Positions 1-8,100 are shown, counted from the stretch's first letter. The stretch is DNA of 11,747 bases from Okeania sp. (GCF_035285525.1 NZ_JAYKGW010000200.1:1-11747); one strand, 5' to 3'. The notes: a model not told the origin generated them from the letters alone. Numbers and translations are program-made.

Positions 1-283
1 AGATATTTTAGCTAAAGGCAAATTTTCTATAATTATTAAATATAGATATCCTCAGAATTTTCCACTTTCTGACTTTTGCCGAAAGTTGAGATATTTTGCC
101 AGAGAATATCAAAGTTTGCTTAGGAAAAATATTTTAGCTAAAGGCAAATTTTTTTTAATTCTTAAATATAGATATTCTGATAATTTATTACTTTCTGACT
201 TTTGCCGAAAATTCATAGATTTTGTCTGAGAATATCAAAGTTTATTTAGGAAAAATATTTTAGCTAAAGGCAAATTTTTTATC
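1..283. repeat. Tandem repeat with a 126-bp period, about 2.2 copies, truncated by the left window edge
   Basis: ATATTTTAGCTAAAGGCAAATTTT recurs at 3, 129 and 255, giving an exact 126-bp period. Units 3-128 and 129-254 align along their whole length at roughly 85% identity by eye. The third copy decays after about 283. The most conserved block is GAGAATATCAAAGTTT..TTAGGAAAAATATTTTAGCTAAAGGCAAATTTT. Confidence 0.9.
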
Positions 284-298
284 ATAAATATTTCTAGT

Positions 299-315
299 GC
301 GAGCATCTTGCTCGC
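299..315. terminator. Short GC-rich hairpin between the tandem repeat and the 3' end of the 1012-aa gene; possible terminator
   Basis: GCGAGC (299-304), loop ATCTT, GCTCGC (310-315) form a perfect 6-bp stem. It lies 84 nt downstream of the minus-strand stop at 399-401. No clear U-tract follows on either strand, so terminator function is uncertain. Confidence 0.3.
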
Positions 316-398
316 GTATATCTCAGCAATTTATAAACCACTGTAATATTTCAAATATTTCTACTATTTACTGAACACTTATTTTCCCCAACCTCCTA

Positions 399-3300
399 TT
401 AAAAATCAACTCCATCAACAGCATCATTAACCTCTGTCAAAAAAGCCAAAGCATTAAACTCTATACTTTCTGTCATCTGAGGAAAAATTGCTAAACTTCC
501 CAACGCTTCATCACCAATAATATTTTCATAAGGGTCTAACTTTAAACTTAAATTACTACTATCTCTTTCCTGTTTTTCAAACCTCGAAAAATGGAAAAAA
601 GTTAAATATTGAAGAATATCATTTTTCAACGAACTATCATAAACCAAACCTTGCCGAATGTCCTCATCATCCATCACCCCAGAATAATATTTTCCTAACA
701 AAGTGGAATAAGAAATAACGCCATTATAAAATCGTTCATCCTCAGTTCTTTTACCACCCACAGAAATGCCATTAAACAAATTGAAAAATACCACTGATTT
801 TTGACTACTATCTTCAGCAAGATTCATTAATTGTCTAGTGTCTTGAATATACAAAGATTTTGCTCCAGGAGTTTTGAGTTTTCGGACATAATATTTATCA
901 AAAAGTACAGGATATATTTTAATGTCATCTCGGTTTTGTTTCATCGTTTTAATAATAGTAGGAGACATAAAATATAATCTTTCTTCCTCTTCTTGTTGAG
1001 TAATATGTAATTTACTGGTATAAGGTGCTTGTGCTACATATAAAAAGTGTTGATATCCTTCCAAACAAAGTTCGCTAATTCTATCCATTAACACAGGTGG
1101 TTCCTCATACATCTTTCCTTGTTTATAGTTATCAAAAAATGTAGTCAAAGGTTGAATTTTTACACTGCCATTTTCTAACCTTTCAATACTTATTACTTCT
1201 CCAAATAAATTAGTAATTCTATCACTACGTTTTTGACTACCTTTTCTGGAGTCACTCAGTTTACTAGAAACAATAATAATTGCCAGTTTATCTAATAAAG
1301 TAAAATCAGAATTATTATTGAAACTAAACTTTTTAGGCAATACAGAATATAGGGAATTTAAACCATTCCTAACATAACTATTACCTACCCGAAAACCTTG
1401 AGAATTACACCGATATTTTTTACTAAAAATAAAAGCTAATGTTTTGGCAACATTAGCCAGAAACTTTTCAGCCGGAAAAGGATTTTCATGGGTTCCTTCA
1501 TGGAGTCGCAACATCGGAATAAATAACTCTTTTTCTTCTCCTGAATATTGCTCTAATAAAATATGTAAACAAAGATAAGATAACAATATCCAAGTAAAAC
1601 GATAGATAAATGCTTGAGTCGAATTTAATTGATTTTTTCCTGATTTTAAACGTTCATTATTGTAACTAAATAGAATAAATTTATATCCTTTCTGCACAAA
1701 ATTTTCGTGATAAATTTGCCTACAAGTATCTGTATTAGGTATCCACATTACAGGCAATGTTTTAATTCCTGCTATATCATATTCCCACTGAAAACTTTGG
1801 CGATCGCTTCCCTCAAAATAACGTACATCTTCTATCTTAATACTTGCAGGTAGCTGACACACCGCTCGATTATTTGTTGCTTCCTTAACCAGAAAAATAT
1901 ACCTCAGACATTTCTTATAATTCTCTCTTAAATCATCGTGAAAAAAATTACCTTGAAACAAACTATCATCATCAGTTTTGATAATTCTTTTATTAATACA
2001 AATTTCCCGCCTTTCTATAGAGTTAGGTAATTTTTTCCCTCTATCTAAAAAGTTTCTGACTAAACCCCTTAACTTCTCGATTTTTTGCTTCACTCCATAT
2101 CTCTTAAATCCTTCTATCAAGCCCCGAAAAATCTTATCTTTTTCATCATCATTATCTCCTTTCAATACAGGCAAAACATTTTCATCAAATTTAGGTATAG
2201 GATTATAAGTTAAATCATCATCATAATGATAATTCTCTTCCGTTGGGTTTGGGCAAGAAAATATAAAATAGTATAAAAAAGCTCGCGTCAATATTTTTCT
2301 TGCCCAAGTTTTCTTTTTCTCTGGATTAGCCTTTAACGCCTCATTTTCCTCATAATTATTATGAGTAATTATCTCCAAATTATAATCAAAAACTTCTTTT
2401 CCACCCCTAGCTTGTACTTTCCCATCCAACTTCATTTTCAAACCCAAAATAAACTGAGTTTCTCCTGTTTCTCTATTTGTAGTTTCTCCCAAATTACCAT
2501 GAATAATTGGAATAATTGGCAGTGCATCAAAAACTTCAGCACGAGCAAAAATATCCCGGTAATTAAAACTTTCTTCAGCATAAGAAACATCATAATATCC
2601 ATCAGCTTTAGACTCATCATTAATATATTCTTCCACTAACTTCAAACGCCGAATTAAAACTTTCATATAAATAACTCCTAGCTTATAATTAGTCTCAATA
2701 TTCGCTAATAAATGTTCTAAATATATAATTTTAGCTTCCTTTTTTAACTTCCCCAAAGTTTCCTCATCTACGAGTTTTTGTAACTTATTAAAATCGGAGT
2801 TTCTATCCTCAACTTGTTTTCCTAAAAGAACATAAATATCTTCAATCTCTTCTGGGTCTTCTGAATCAAAATTCTTTTGAATTCTCCGTTTAATTCCTGT
2901 TTTTAGCTGAGACTGAAACTGCGTAATATTTCCCACTGTAATTGTCAGCTTATGGAATTTTAACAAAGAATTACTACCGGGAAGTTGAGAATCTAAAATT
3001 AACTCTTGTTTTTGCAAGTCTATGTATTTTTCGTCAAAAGGATAAGCTAAACCTAGTTTATTAGCACGCCCCTGAAAATCTGTTAAATTAACAATCAAAC
3101 TATCGACAAAACTAGCAATATCTCCTATTCCTTCAGTAGATTCTAAATTAGCGATTAAATAGTCTTTTATTTCTCGTATTTTACTCAGAAATTTTTCTTT
3201 CTCTTTCTCTACAAAATTTACAGTAGCAACACGAACACCCTTCGTATTGCTTAAAGGATTTTGAATATCCATAGTAGCAATAGACTCAGCTATCTCATCA

Positions 3301-3437
3301 ATATTTATCAGTAAACGTCGGCGATCGCTCGATATTTTAAACAGATTTTGTTCTGGTAATTTATTCAAAATTTTTTCTAACAAGCTTTGATAGTTAACCG
3401 GAACTAGATTATCACCTTCCCTAATAGTATTTCCCAT
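399..3437 (-). CDS. Large hypothetical protein (1012 aa), family not recognised
   Basis: A 3039-nt uninterrupted ORF in DNA rich in stop-prone A/T triplets, starting at ATG 3435-3437 and ending at TAA 399-401. It contains two HIP1 sites (1800-1807, 3321-3328). The N-terminal 300 aa or so are K/E/L-rich and helix-like. There are two strongly hydrophobic segments (about aa 384-395 and 609-628). A lone HEGTH (aa 646-650, nt 1488-1502) is present. I found no canonical Walker A, DEAD/DEAH, HKD, HNH, GIY-YIG, RuvC-like IDRG or paired HEPN motifs. Confidence 0.85.
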   Translation of the reverse strand: MGNTIREGDNLVPVNYQSLLEKILNKLPEQNLFKISSDRRRLLINIDEIAESIATMDIQNPLSNTKGVRVATVNFVEKEKEKFLSKIREIKDYLIANLESTEGIGDIASFVDSLIVNLTDFQGRANKLGLAYPFDEKYIDLQKQELILDSQLPGSNSLLKFHKLTITVGNITQFQSQLKTGIKRRIQKNFDSEDPEEIEDIYVLLGKQVEDRNSDFNKLQKLVDEETLGKLKKEAKIIYLEHLLANIETNYKLGVIYMKVLIRRLKLVEEYINDESKADGYYDVSYAEESFNYRDIFARAEVFDALPIIPIIHGNLGETTNRETGETQFILGLKMKLDGKVQARGGKEVFDYNLEIITHNNYEENEALKANPEKKKTWARKILTRAFLYYFIFSCPNPTEENYHYDDDLTYNPIPKFDENVLPVLKGDNDDEKDKIFRGLIEGFKRYGVKQKIEKLRGLVRNFLDRGKKLPNSIERREICINKRIIKTDDDSLFQGNFFHDDLRENYKKCLRYIFLVKEATNNRAVCQLPASIKIEDVRYFEGSDRQSFQWEYDIAGIKTLPVMWIPNTDTCRQIYHENFVQKGYKFILFSYNNERLKSGKNQLNSTQAFIYRFTWILLSYLCLHILLEQYSGEEKELFIPMLRLHEGTHENPFPAEKFLANVAKTLAFIFSKKYRCNSQGFRVGNSYVRNGLNSLYSVLPKKFSFNNNSDFTLLDKLAIIIVSSKLSDSRKGSQKRSDRITNLFGEVISIERLENGSVKIQPLTTFFDNYKQGKMYEEPPVLMDRISELCLEGYQHFLYVAQAPYTSKLHITQQEEEERLYFMSPTIIKTMKQNRDDIKIYPVLFDKYYVRKLKTPGAKSLYIQDTRQLMNLAEDSSQKSVVFFNLFNGISVGGKRTEDERFYNGVISYSTLLGKYYSGVMDDEDIRQGLVYDSSLKNDILQYLTFFHFSRFEKQERDSSNLSLKLDPYENIIGDEALGSLAIFPQMTESIEFNALAFLTEVNDAVDGVDF

Positions 3438-3588
3438 TTTTATTGCACCCTAGTTAATTGTATTTATGCAATTATTATGCTGGAAATTATATCCAGCTAA
3501 ATTCTTATTTATTAATTATATAGACAAACTAACTACTATTATAAAATGATAAAATTCTATATATTTTCTTTATTTTTACCGAATAATT

Positions 3589-3721
3589 AAGCTTTCAAGC
3601 CTCTCCTTTAAAGGGGATAAAAAAAGAATATTCAATATAGTCAAGCCTCCTTATTCCAAGAGGTACTGATAACTTTACGGACTTTGCACGTCTAGCGTCC
3701 CTACTGATAACTGAAATGACC
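3589..3721 (-). repeat. Diverged copy of a dispersed MITE-like element (CAGTTATCAG / GGGACG-palindrome family)
   Basis: The reverse complement of 3702-3721 (GGTCATTTCAGTTATCAGT) is identical to 8197-8215. It is followed by a degenerate TAGGGACG...GTCCGTA palindrome, a second (C/A)AGTTATCAGTA, and a distal CCCCTTTAAAGGAGAGGCTTGAAAG block. That block matches CGCCTTCAAAGGGGAGGCTTAAAAC at 8498-8522. Confidence 0.6.
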
Positions 3722-4155
3722 AAACATTTTTCTGAACTTATGAAATTATACTCTTAAAGTTTTAACCAATTAACATAAGCATTCAGCTAGAAAATAAATA
3801 AAGCAAAAATTGCCTTAACTTCTACCACATTTTCAACCCATAAACCATAAACTAAACCAAAAGAAAAACCTGCTTTAGTTTCAAATAAAAGTAATAAACC
3901 TGATAACTAATACCTGACTGCTAACTGCTTACCACTAATCTTAATTTGGTTGTCAAAAATTCCAGAATAAAAGATAAGAAAGCATTCTTCAATTATCCCA
4001 GATTTTTCTAAACTTTTCCCAAAAAATATATTTTCACCAATCAAATAGGCAAAAGTAATTTTAAAAAGTAATTCTACCTAATTAAACATAGATAACCATT
4101 TTGTAATTATTTATGTTACATTAGAAATACATTGTGTAGAATAAAAGATAAAAGA

Positions 4156-4791
4156 ATGAATGAATACCATAAAATCCAAACCGTTTTTTTGAGAAATCCT
4201 GACAGTAATTATAAAGATTTACTGTTAGGTAAATTTGCTAAACCAGAATTTGATTTGCTCAAAAATATCGACTGGGTTTGGACAGAAAAAATAGACGGTA
4301 CAAACATCCGAATAATGTGGGATGGCGAGTCAGTTAAATTTGGAGGTAGAAGTGATAATGCTCAAATTCGTACATCATTATTAGAGGTGCTGCAAAAGAA
4401 ATTTACCGTAGATAAAATGAGTCGAGTATTTAAGGAACAAACAGAAGTTTGTTTATACGGTGAAGGTTACGGTAAAGGGACTCATAAAGGAGGAAATTAT
4501 TTACCAAATAGTGTTGATTTTATACTTTTTGATATTAAGATTGGAGAGTGGTGGTTAACAAGAGAAAGTATTGAAGAAATAGCAGAAATGCTTGGTATTA
4601 AAATTGTACCAATAATTGGTATTGGTTCCCTGGATAAAGCAGTAGAATTTGCCAAAAAAGGTTTCACTTCTCGCATAACAGAAAATAAACAATTTATGGC
4701 AGAAGGTTTGATTATGAAACCTCAGCAAGAATTATTTAATCGTGCTGGAAAGCGAGTAATAACTAAGATTAAATATAAAGATTTTTTTTGA
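4156..4791 (+). CDS. ATP-dependent RNA ligase family protein (nucleotidyltransferase domain only, about 211 aa)
   Basis: Covalent nucleotidyltransferase motifs appear in the canonical order. Motif I is TEKIDGTN, with the lysine codon at 4288-4290. Motif III-like FILFDI, motif IIIa-like LYGEGYG, motif IV AEGLIMK and motif V RVITKIKYK follow. The track ORF starts at TTG 4132, and I prefer the first in-frame ATG at 4156. The stop is TGA 4789-4791. No appended OB, C-terminal or kinase/phosphatase domain is present. Confidence 0.8.
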   Translation: MNEYHKIQTVFLRNPDSNYKDLLLGKFAKPEFDLLKNIDWVWTEKIDGTNIRIMWDGESVKFGGRSDNAQIRTSLLEVLQKKFTVDKMSRVFKEQTEVCLYGEGYGKGTHKGGNYLPNSVDFILFDIKIGEWWLTRESIEEIAEMLGIKIVPIIGIGSLDKAVEFAKKGFTSRITENKQFMAEGLIMKPQQELFNRAGKRVITKIKYKDFF

Positions 4792-4803
4792 TATTTTTAT
4801 AAA

Positions 4804-4857
4804 TAGGGACGTTGCATAACAAAAATGCGTTACATGTCGCGCAGCGAAACGTCCCTA
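4804..4857 (+). terminator. Long-loop palindrome of the GGGACG repeat family, placed as a possible terminator of the RNA ligase gene
   Basis: TAGGGACGTT (4804-4813) and AACGTCCCTA (4848-4857) form a perfect 10-bp stem around a 34-nt interior. It starts 13 nt after the stop codon, and CAAGATTTTGG follows it. The arms are the same as those of the palindromes at 8218-8245 and 8371-8396. Confidence 0.4.
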
Positions 4858-5592
4858 CAAGATTTTGGTTATGACAATGTGGTTCATCCATTTCAAAAGC
4901 GCTGTAAACATAATAACTTACTGAAGTTAACTGATAATTAATTTCATTCTTATATCACTTCTTGGAAATTAATTCCTCCTTTAGTCTGATAATGAGTTAA
5001 TAACTCAAAGCTAATAGCTGTTAGCTAAATTCTCTTACAAATAATCTTTCTCTACTTCTTACTCTTTTTTCTCTGATAGTAAGACTTTTATCTGAGGATT
5101 TTCTAATAATTTAGTTGCATCTACTAATAGTTTATCAGTCCAAAGTTCTTTTTTAAGACGCTGCAAGTTTCCCCAATTTTTGTCTAATTTTAATGCTGTT
5201 TCAGCTATTGTTAAACTTTCAGTTTTGTCTTTGTTGTAGAGAGCAACTCCTAATGCTAATTTAGGTTCTACTAATTGGTTATTAATTTCAAGTGCAGCTT
5301 GTCAATGTTCTATTGCTTCATCTATTTTTTTCATTTCATATTTAACTAAGCCAAGATTAATAATAGAAACTTCATAGTCTGGTTGAATTTCTAAAGCTTT
5401 TTCATAAGCAGCGATCGCCTCTTCATATCTTTCTAAATGTGACAGAGCAGTGCCTTTGTCAAACCAAGCTTCGTGAGAGTCTGGTTGAATTTCTAAAGCT
5501 TTTTCATAAGCAATGATCGCTTCTTCATATCTTTCTAAATTTTCCAGAGCAATACCTTTATTGCTCCAAACTTGGTGATTATCTGGTTTAAT

Positions 5593-6180
5593 TTATAGAA
5601 ATTTATCATAAGCATAAATCTCTTCTTTATATCTCCCTAAAAGTGACAAAGCATAGCCTTTATCGTACAAAGCTCCTTCATAATCTGGTTTAATTTCTAG
5701 AGCGTTATCATAAGCGATAATTGCTTCTTCATATTTTTCTAAATTTGAGAGAGCATAGCCTTTATTTTGCCAAGCATAGTGAGAGTTTTGTTTGATTTTT
5801 ATAGCTTTATCAAAAGCAAAAACAGCCTGTTCATATCTACCTAAATATCTCAAAGCAATACCTTTATTATTCCAAGCATCGTGAAAGTATCGTTTGATTT
5901 CTATAGCTTTATCAAAAGCAGAAAGCGCCTGTTCATATCTACCTAAATATCTCAAAGAATAGCCTTTATTGTTCCAAGCTTCGTGATAGTCTGATTTAAT
6001 TTCTAAAGATTTTTTATAAGCAAATATCGCCTCTTCATATCTGCCTAAATCTGACAGAGCAAGACCTTTATTGTTCCAAGTTTGATTATCATCTGGTTCT
6101 ATTTCTAGATATCTATCATAAATAGAAATTGCCTTTTCATATTTACCTAAATATCTTAGTGCGTTGCCTTTCTTGTTCAA
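5593..6180 (-). CDS. Longest uninterrupted TPR segment of the disrupted gene (195 codons); could be annotated as a stand-alone TPR protein
   Basis: The track ORF shows clear TPR periodicity. It is in the same frame as 6307-6588, and its only start is a TTG that reads as Leu within the repeat. Confidence 0.35.
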   Translation of the reverse strand: MNKKGNALRYLGKYEKAISIYDRYLEIEPDDNQTWNNKGLALSDLGRYEEAIFAYKKSLEIKSDYHEAWNNKGYSLRYLGRYEQALSAFDKAIEIKRYFHDAWNNKGIALRYLGRYEQAVFAFDKAIKIKQNSHYAWQNKGYALSNLEKYEEAIIAYDNALEIKPDYEGALYDKGYALSLLGRYKEEIYAYDKFL

Positions 6181-6306
6181 AGCATAGTGATAGTTTGGTT
6201 TGATTTATATAGCTCTATCAAAAGCAAAAACAGCCTGTTCATATCTACCTAAATACCTCAAAGCAATGCCTTTGCTATTCAAAGCATAGTAATAGTTTGG
6301 TTTGAT

Positions 6307-6588
6307 TTATATAGCTCTATCAAAAGCAGAAATAGCCTCTTCGTATCTGCCTAAATCTGACAGAGCATTGCCTTTGCCATTCCAAGCTTCGTGAAAGTCT
6401 GGTTTAATTTCAATAGCTCTATCAAAAGCATAAATCGTCTGTTCATATCTACCTAAGTCTGACAAAGCGATGCCTTTATTATACCAAGCTTGGTAATAGT
6501 CTGGTTCAATTTCTATCGCTTTTTCATAAGCAGCGATCACCTCTTCATATCTTTCTGATTTTATTAGTGCATCTCCCTTATTTCTCAA
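6307..6588 (-). CDS. Upstream TPR segment of the disrupted gene (93 codons)
   Basis: The track ORF holds about 2.7 TPR units. It is in frame with 5593-6180, starts on a TTG, and ends at a TAA that replaces the conserved Glu of AIEIKP. Confidence 0.3.
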   Translation of the reverse strand: MRNKGDALIKSERYEEVIAAYEKAIEIEPDYYQAWYNKGIALSDLGRYEQTIYAFDRAIEIKPDFHEAWNGKGNALSDLGRYEEAISAFDRAI

Positions 6589-6687
6589 AATTATGTGATA
6601 GCCTGGTTTAAGTTCTAGGTCTATTTTTTATCTATCATAATCAGTTATATGTAAATTTTGTGATAATTAACTAGCAACCATAGTTAT

Positions 6688-6728
6688 AAAAAAACAAGCT
6701 TAAACTTTTTGAACGCTTAAGCTTGTTT
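6688..6728 (-). terminator. Rho-independent terminator of dnaN
   Basis: AAACAAGCTTAA (6692-6703) and TTAAGCTTGTTT (6717-6728) form a perfect 12-bp stem with a 13-nt loop. On the minus strand the stem runs straight into a T7 tract: 6694-6692 close the stem and 6691-6688 trail it. The structure begins 27 nt after the dnaN stop. Confidence 0.7.
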
Positions 6729-6754
6729 CTTTATTATAATAAAAAACTTTACCT

Positions 6755-7918
6755 TTAACTTCTTAACTGAACAGGCATAATTAAATAAGTCATTTTTAAT
6801 CCTCCCAAAGGATTTAAAACTACCGGAGTTGTAGCCGTATTTAACTGAATAGAAATTTCCGAAGCTGAAGGAATAGCTTTCAAACCTTCAATCAAATACT
6901 TAACATTAAAAGCAATTTCTTCTGGTTCATCAGCAGAAATTTGTGCTGCCAGAGACTCTTTTCCACTACCCACATCTTGAGCTTCTACAGATAAAGAAAT
7001 TTCCTGATTAACATTATCAATAGAACACTTTAAAATGTTATTTTTTTGGTCAGCTAAAACAGCTATTCTTTCCACCGCTCCTAAAAATTGTTTCCTATCT
7101 ACATTAATTTGATTAGTAAATTTATTAGGTAATAATTGACGATAAGCTGGATATTGACCTTCCAATTTTCGGCTAGTTAAACGTTGTTCTCCCAACTCAA
7201 AAATTACCTGACTTTCATCAAATTTCAACGTCACAGAAGCACCAGATTTACCCATTCCAATCATTCGTTCAATTTCTCTTAAAGCTTTTGCTGGAATAGT
7301 TGCTTCAAACTCTGGCATTTCTTCAACTTCTTCTGTTTCTTCCTCATCCTCCGGTGTGACACTTTCAGTCTCCACTATTGCTAAACGATGACCATCAGTA
7401 GCAGCAAATACTAAACCATCTGGTTGTACTTTTAAATTTACTCCCGTTAATACTTGTTTGGTTTCATCAGGACTTGTCGCAAATAGAGTACCTTTCAAAC
7501 CACTAATTAAAGCTTCCGGTGGTAAATTTACTACTCCTCCATCTTCTACGTTTGGTAATTCTGGATATTCCTCCCCTCCCATACCTCTAACTTGGTAACG
7601 TCCAGATGTGGAAGTAAGGGTAGCAACGGCTTCTCCCTCATCATCATCAATGGTAATATTACCGTCTGGTAATCTTGAGACAATATCGTTAAATAATTTG
7701 GCAGGTAAGGTAAAAGTTCCACCGGTTTCTACAACTGCTGGAAAACTGGAACGAATGCCTAAACTTAGGTCAAAACCTGTTAATTCTAAACGTTGATTCT
7801 CTACATCTGCGGTTAATAAAACGTTGGCTAATACGGGATGATTAGGGCGAGAAGGAACTGCACGGCTAACTAAAGAAAGGTTACTACTTAAGTCACTTTG
7901 GGTACAAGTTAATTTCAT
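6755..7918 (-). CDS. dnaN: DNA polymerase III beta subunit (sliding clamp)
   Basis: 387 aa. The N-terminus MKLTCTQSDLSSNLSLVSRAVPSRPNHPVLANVLLTAD..LELTGFDLSLGI is the characteristic cyanobacterial DnaN signature. The length, the C-terminal ..VVLNP....YLIMPVQLR and the adjacent DnaA-box cluster all fit. Confidence 0.97.
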   Translation of the reverse strand: MKLTCTQSDLSSNLSLVSRAVPSRPNHPVLANVLLTADVENQRLELTGFDLSLGIRSSFPAVVETGGTFTLPAKLFNDIVSRLPDGNITIDDDEGEAVATLTSTSGRYQVRGMGGEEYPELPNVEDGGVVNLPPEALISGLKGTLFATSPDETKQVLTGVNLKVQPDGLVFAATDGHRLAIVETESVTPEDEEETEEVEEMPEFEATIPAKALREIERMIGMGKSGASVTLKFDESQVIFELGEQRLTSRKLEGQYPAYRQLLPNKFTNQINVDRKQFLGAVERIAVLADQKNNILKCSIDNVNQEISLSVEAQDVGSGKESLAAQISADEPEEIAFNVKYLIEGLKAIPSASEISIQLNTATTPVVLNPLGGLKMTYLIMPVQLRS

Positions 7919-8100
7919 TGGATTTTATTTATTTGATGAACTTGAGGTTTTTTCAACAAAGCTTACCTCGGACTGAAATCCTAGCATTATTAACTGAAGT
8001 AATCTAGACTTCTAATACCAAGGGCGATAAATGTTTTTTGGAAATGTGTAGAAGTCAGTAAGAGGGAAAAGTTTTATTAATAATATTTCTATTTAATATC

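Larger units (their letters stand above)
5059..6627 (-). pseudogene. Tetratricopeptide-repeat (TPR) protein gene disrupted by in-frame stops
   Basis: A single minus-strand frame carries about 13 consecutive 34-aa TPR units, roughly AWxNKGxALxxLGRYEEAIxAYDKAIEIKPDYHE, with a 102-nt period. A non-TPR tail (..NWGNLQRLKKELWTDKLLVDATKLLENPQIKVLLSEKKE) ends at TAA 5059-5061. The frame is broken by TAA 6307-6309, TAA 6205-6207, TAA 5593-5595 and TGA 5302-5304. No ATG start sits at the 5' end. Both track ORFs in this region start on TTG inside a repeat. Confidence 0.75.

Noticed and set aside
1-283. The tandem repeat as a CRISPR array
   Set aside because: Whole 126-bp units are similar along their full length. 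There is no alternation of a conserved short repeat with unique spacers, and no cas gene is recognisable nearby.
2-346. The tandem repeat as coding sequence. Plus-strand frame 2 is open from 2 to 226, has a TGA at 227-229, then is open again to TAA 344-346, which would give a 42-aa protein repeat.
   Set aside because: Comparing unit 1 with unit 2 codon by codon gives about 13 non-synonymous changes against 2 synonymous ones, plus a stop. A minus-strand frame is also open across most of a unit. The open frame is therefore not evidence of selection for coding. A decayed gene end entering from the left cannot be excluded.
744-770. GISVGGKRT as a Walker A P-loop in the orphan protein
   Set aside because: Arg occupies the position that requires Ser/Thr. 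The motif lies near the C-terminus with no Walker B candidate in a sensible position.
1488-1502. HEGTH (HExxH) as a zinc-metalloprotease active site in the orphan protein
   Set aside because: This five-residue pattern is expected by chance at appreciable frequency in a 1012-aa protein. The context lacks the usual hydrophobic helix and a downstream third ligand that I can recognise. I note it but do not use it for the call.
2217-2234. YHYDDD (aa 402-407) as a reverse-transcriptase YxDD motif
   Set aside because: It is embedded in an acidic, non-hydrophobic stretch (EENYHYDDDLTYNP) and not in the hydrophobic beta-hairpin of RT motif C. No other RT motifs are seen.
1978-2639. Track ORFs 1978-2208 (+), 2361-2639 (+) and 2438-2620 (-) inside the 1012-aa gene
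   Set aside because: They are fully nested in a much longer ORF. Their translations are low-complexity and rich in F/I/L/K/S, typical of off-frame AT-rich DNA, and show no motifs.
4132-4155. TTG at 4132 as the RNA ligase start codon, as in the ORF track
   Set aside because: An in-frame ATG lies 8 codons downstream at 4156, and the extra MCRIKDKR adds nothing recognisable. The exact start remains uncertain.
5302-6309. The in-frame TAA/TGA codons in the TPR gene as evidence of an alternative genetic code or programmed read-through
   Set aside because: TAA terminates dnaN and the 1012-aa ORF, and TGA terminates the RNA ligase ORF in the same window. The standard code therefore applies, and a pseudogene or sequence error is the simpler explanation.
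7339-7380. The acidic insertion (PEDEEETEEVEEMP) in DnaN as an unusual feature
   Set aside because: It is a short acidic loop in a protein that is otherwise collinear with other sliding clamps. Cyanobacterial clamps are often somewhat longer than the E. coli clamp. I have no basis to call it functional.
7608-7796. 62-aa plus-strand ORF antisense to dnaN
   Set aside because: It is nested antisense within a confidently identified conserved gene, and its translation shows no motif.
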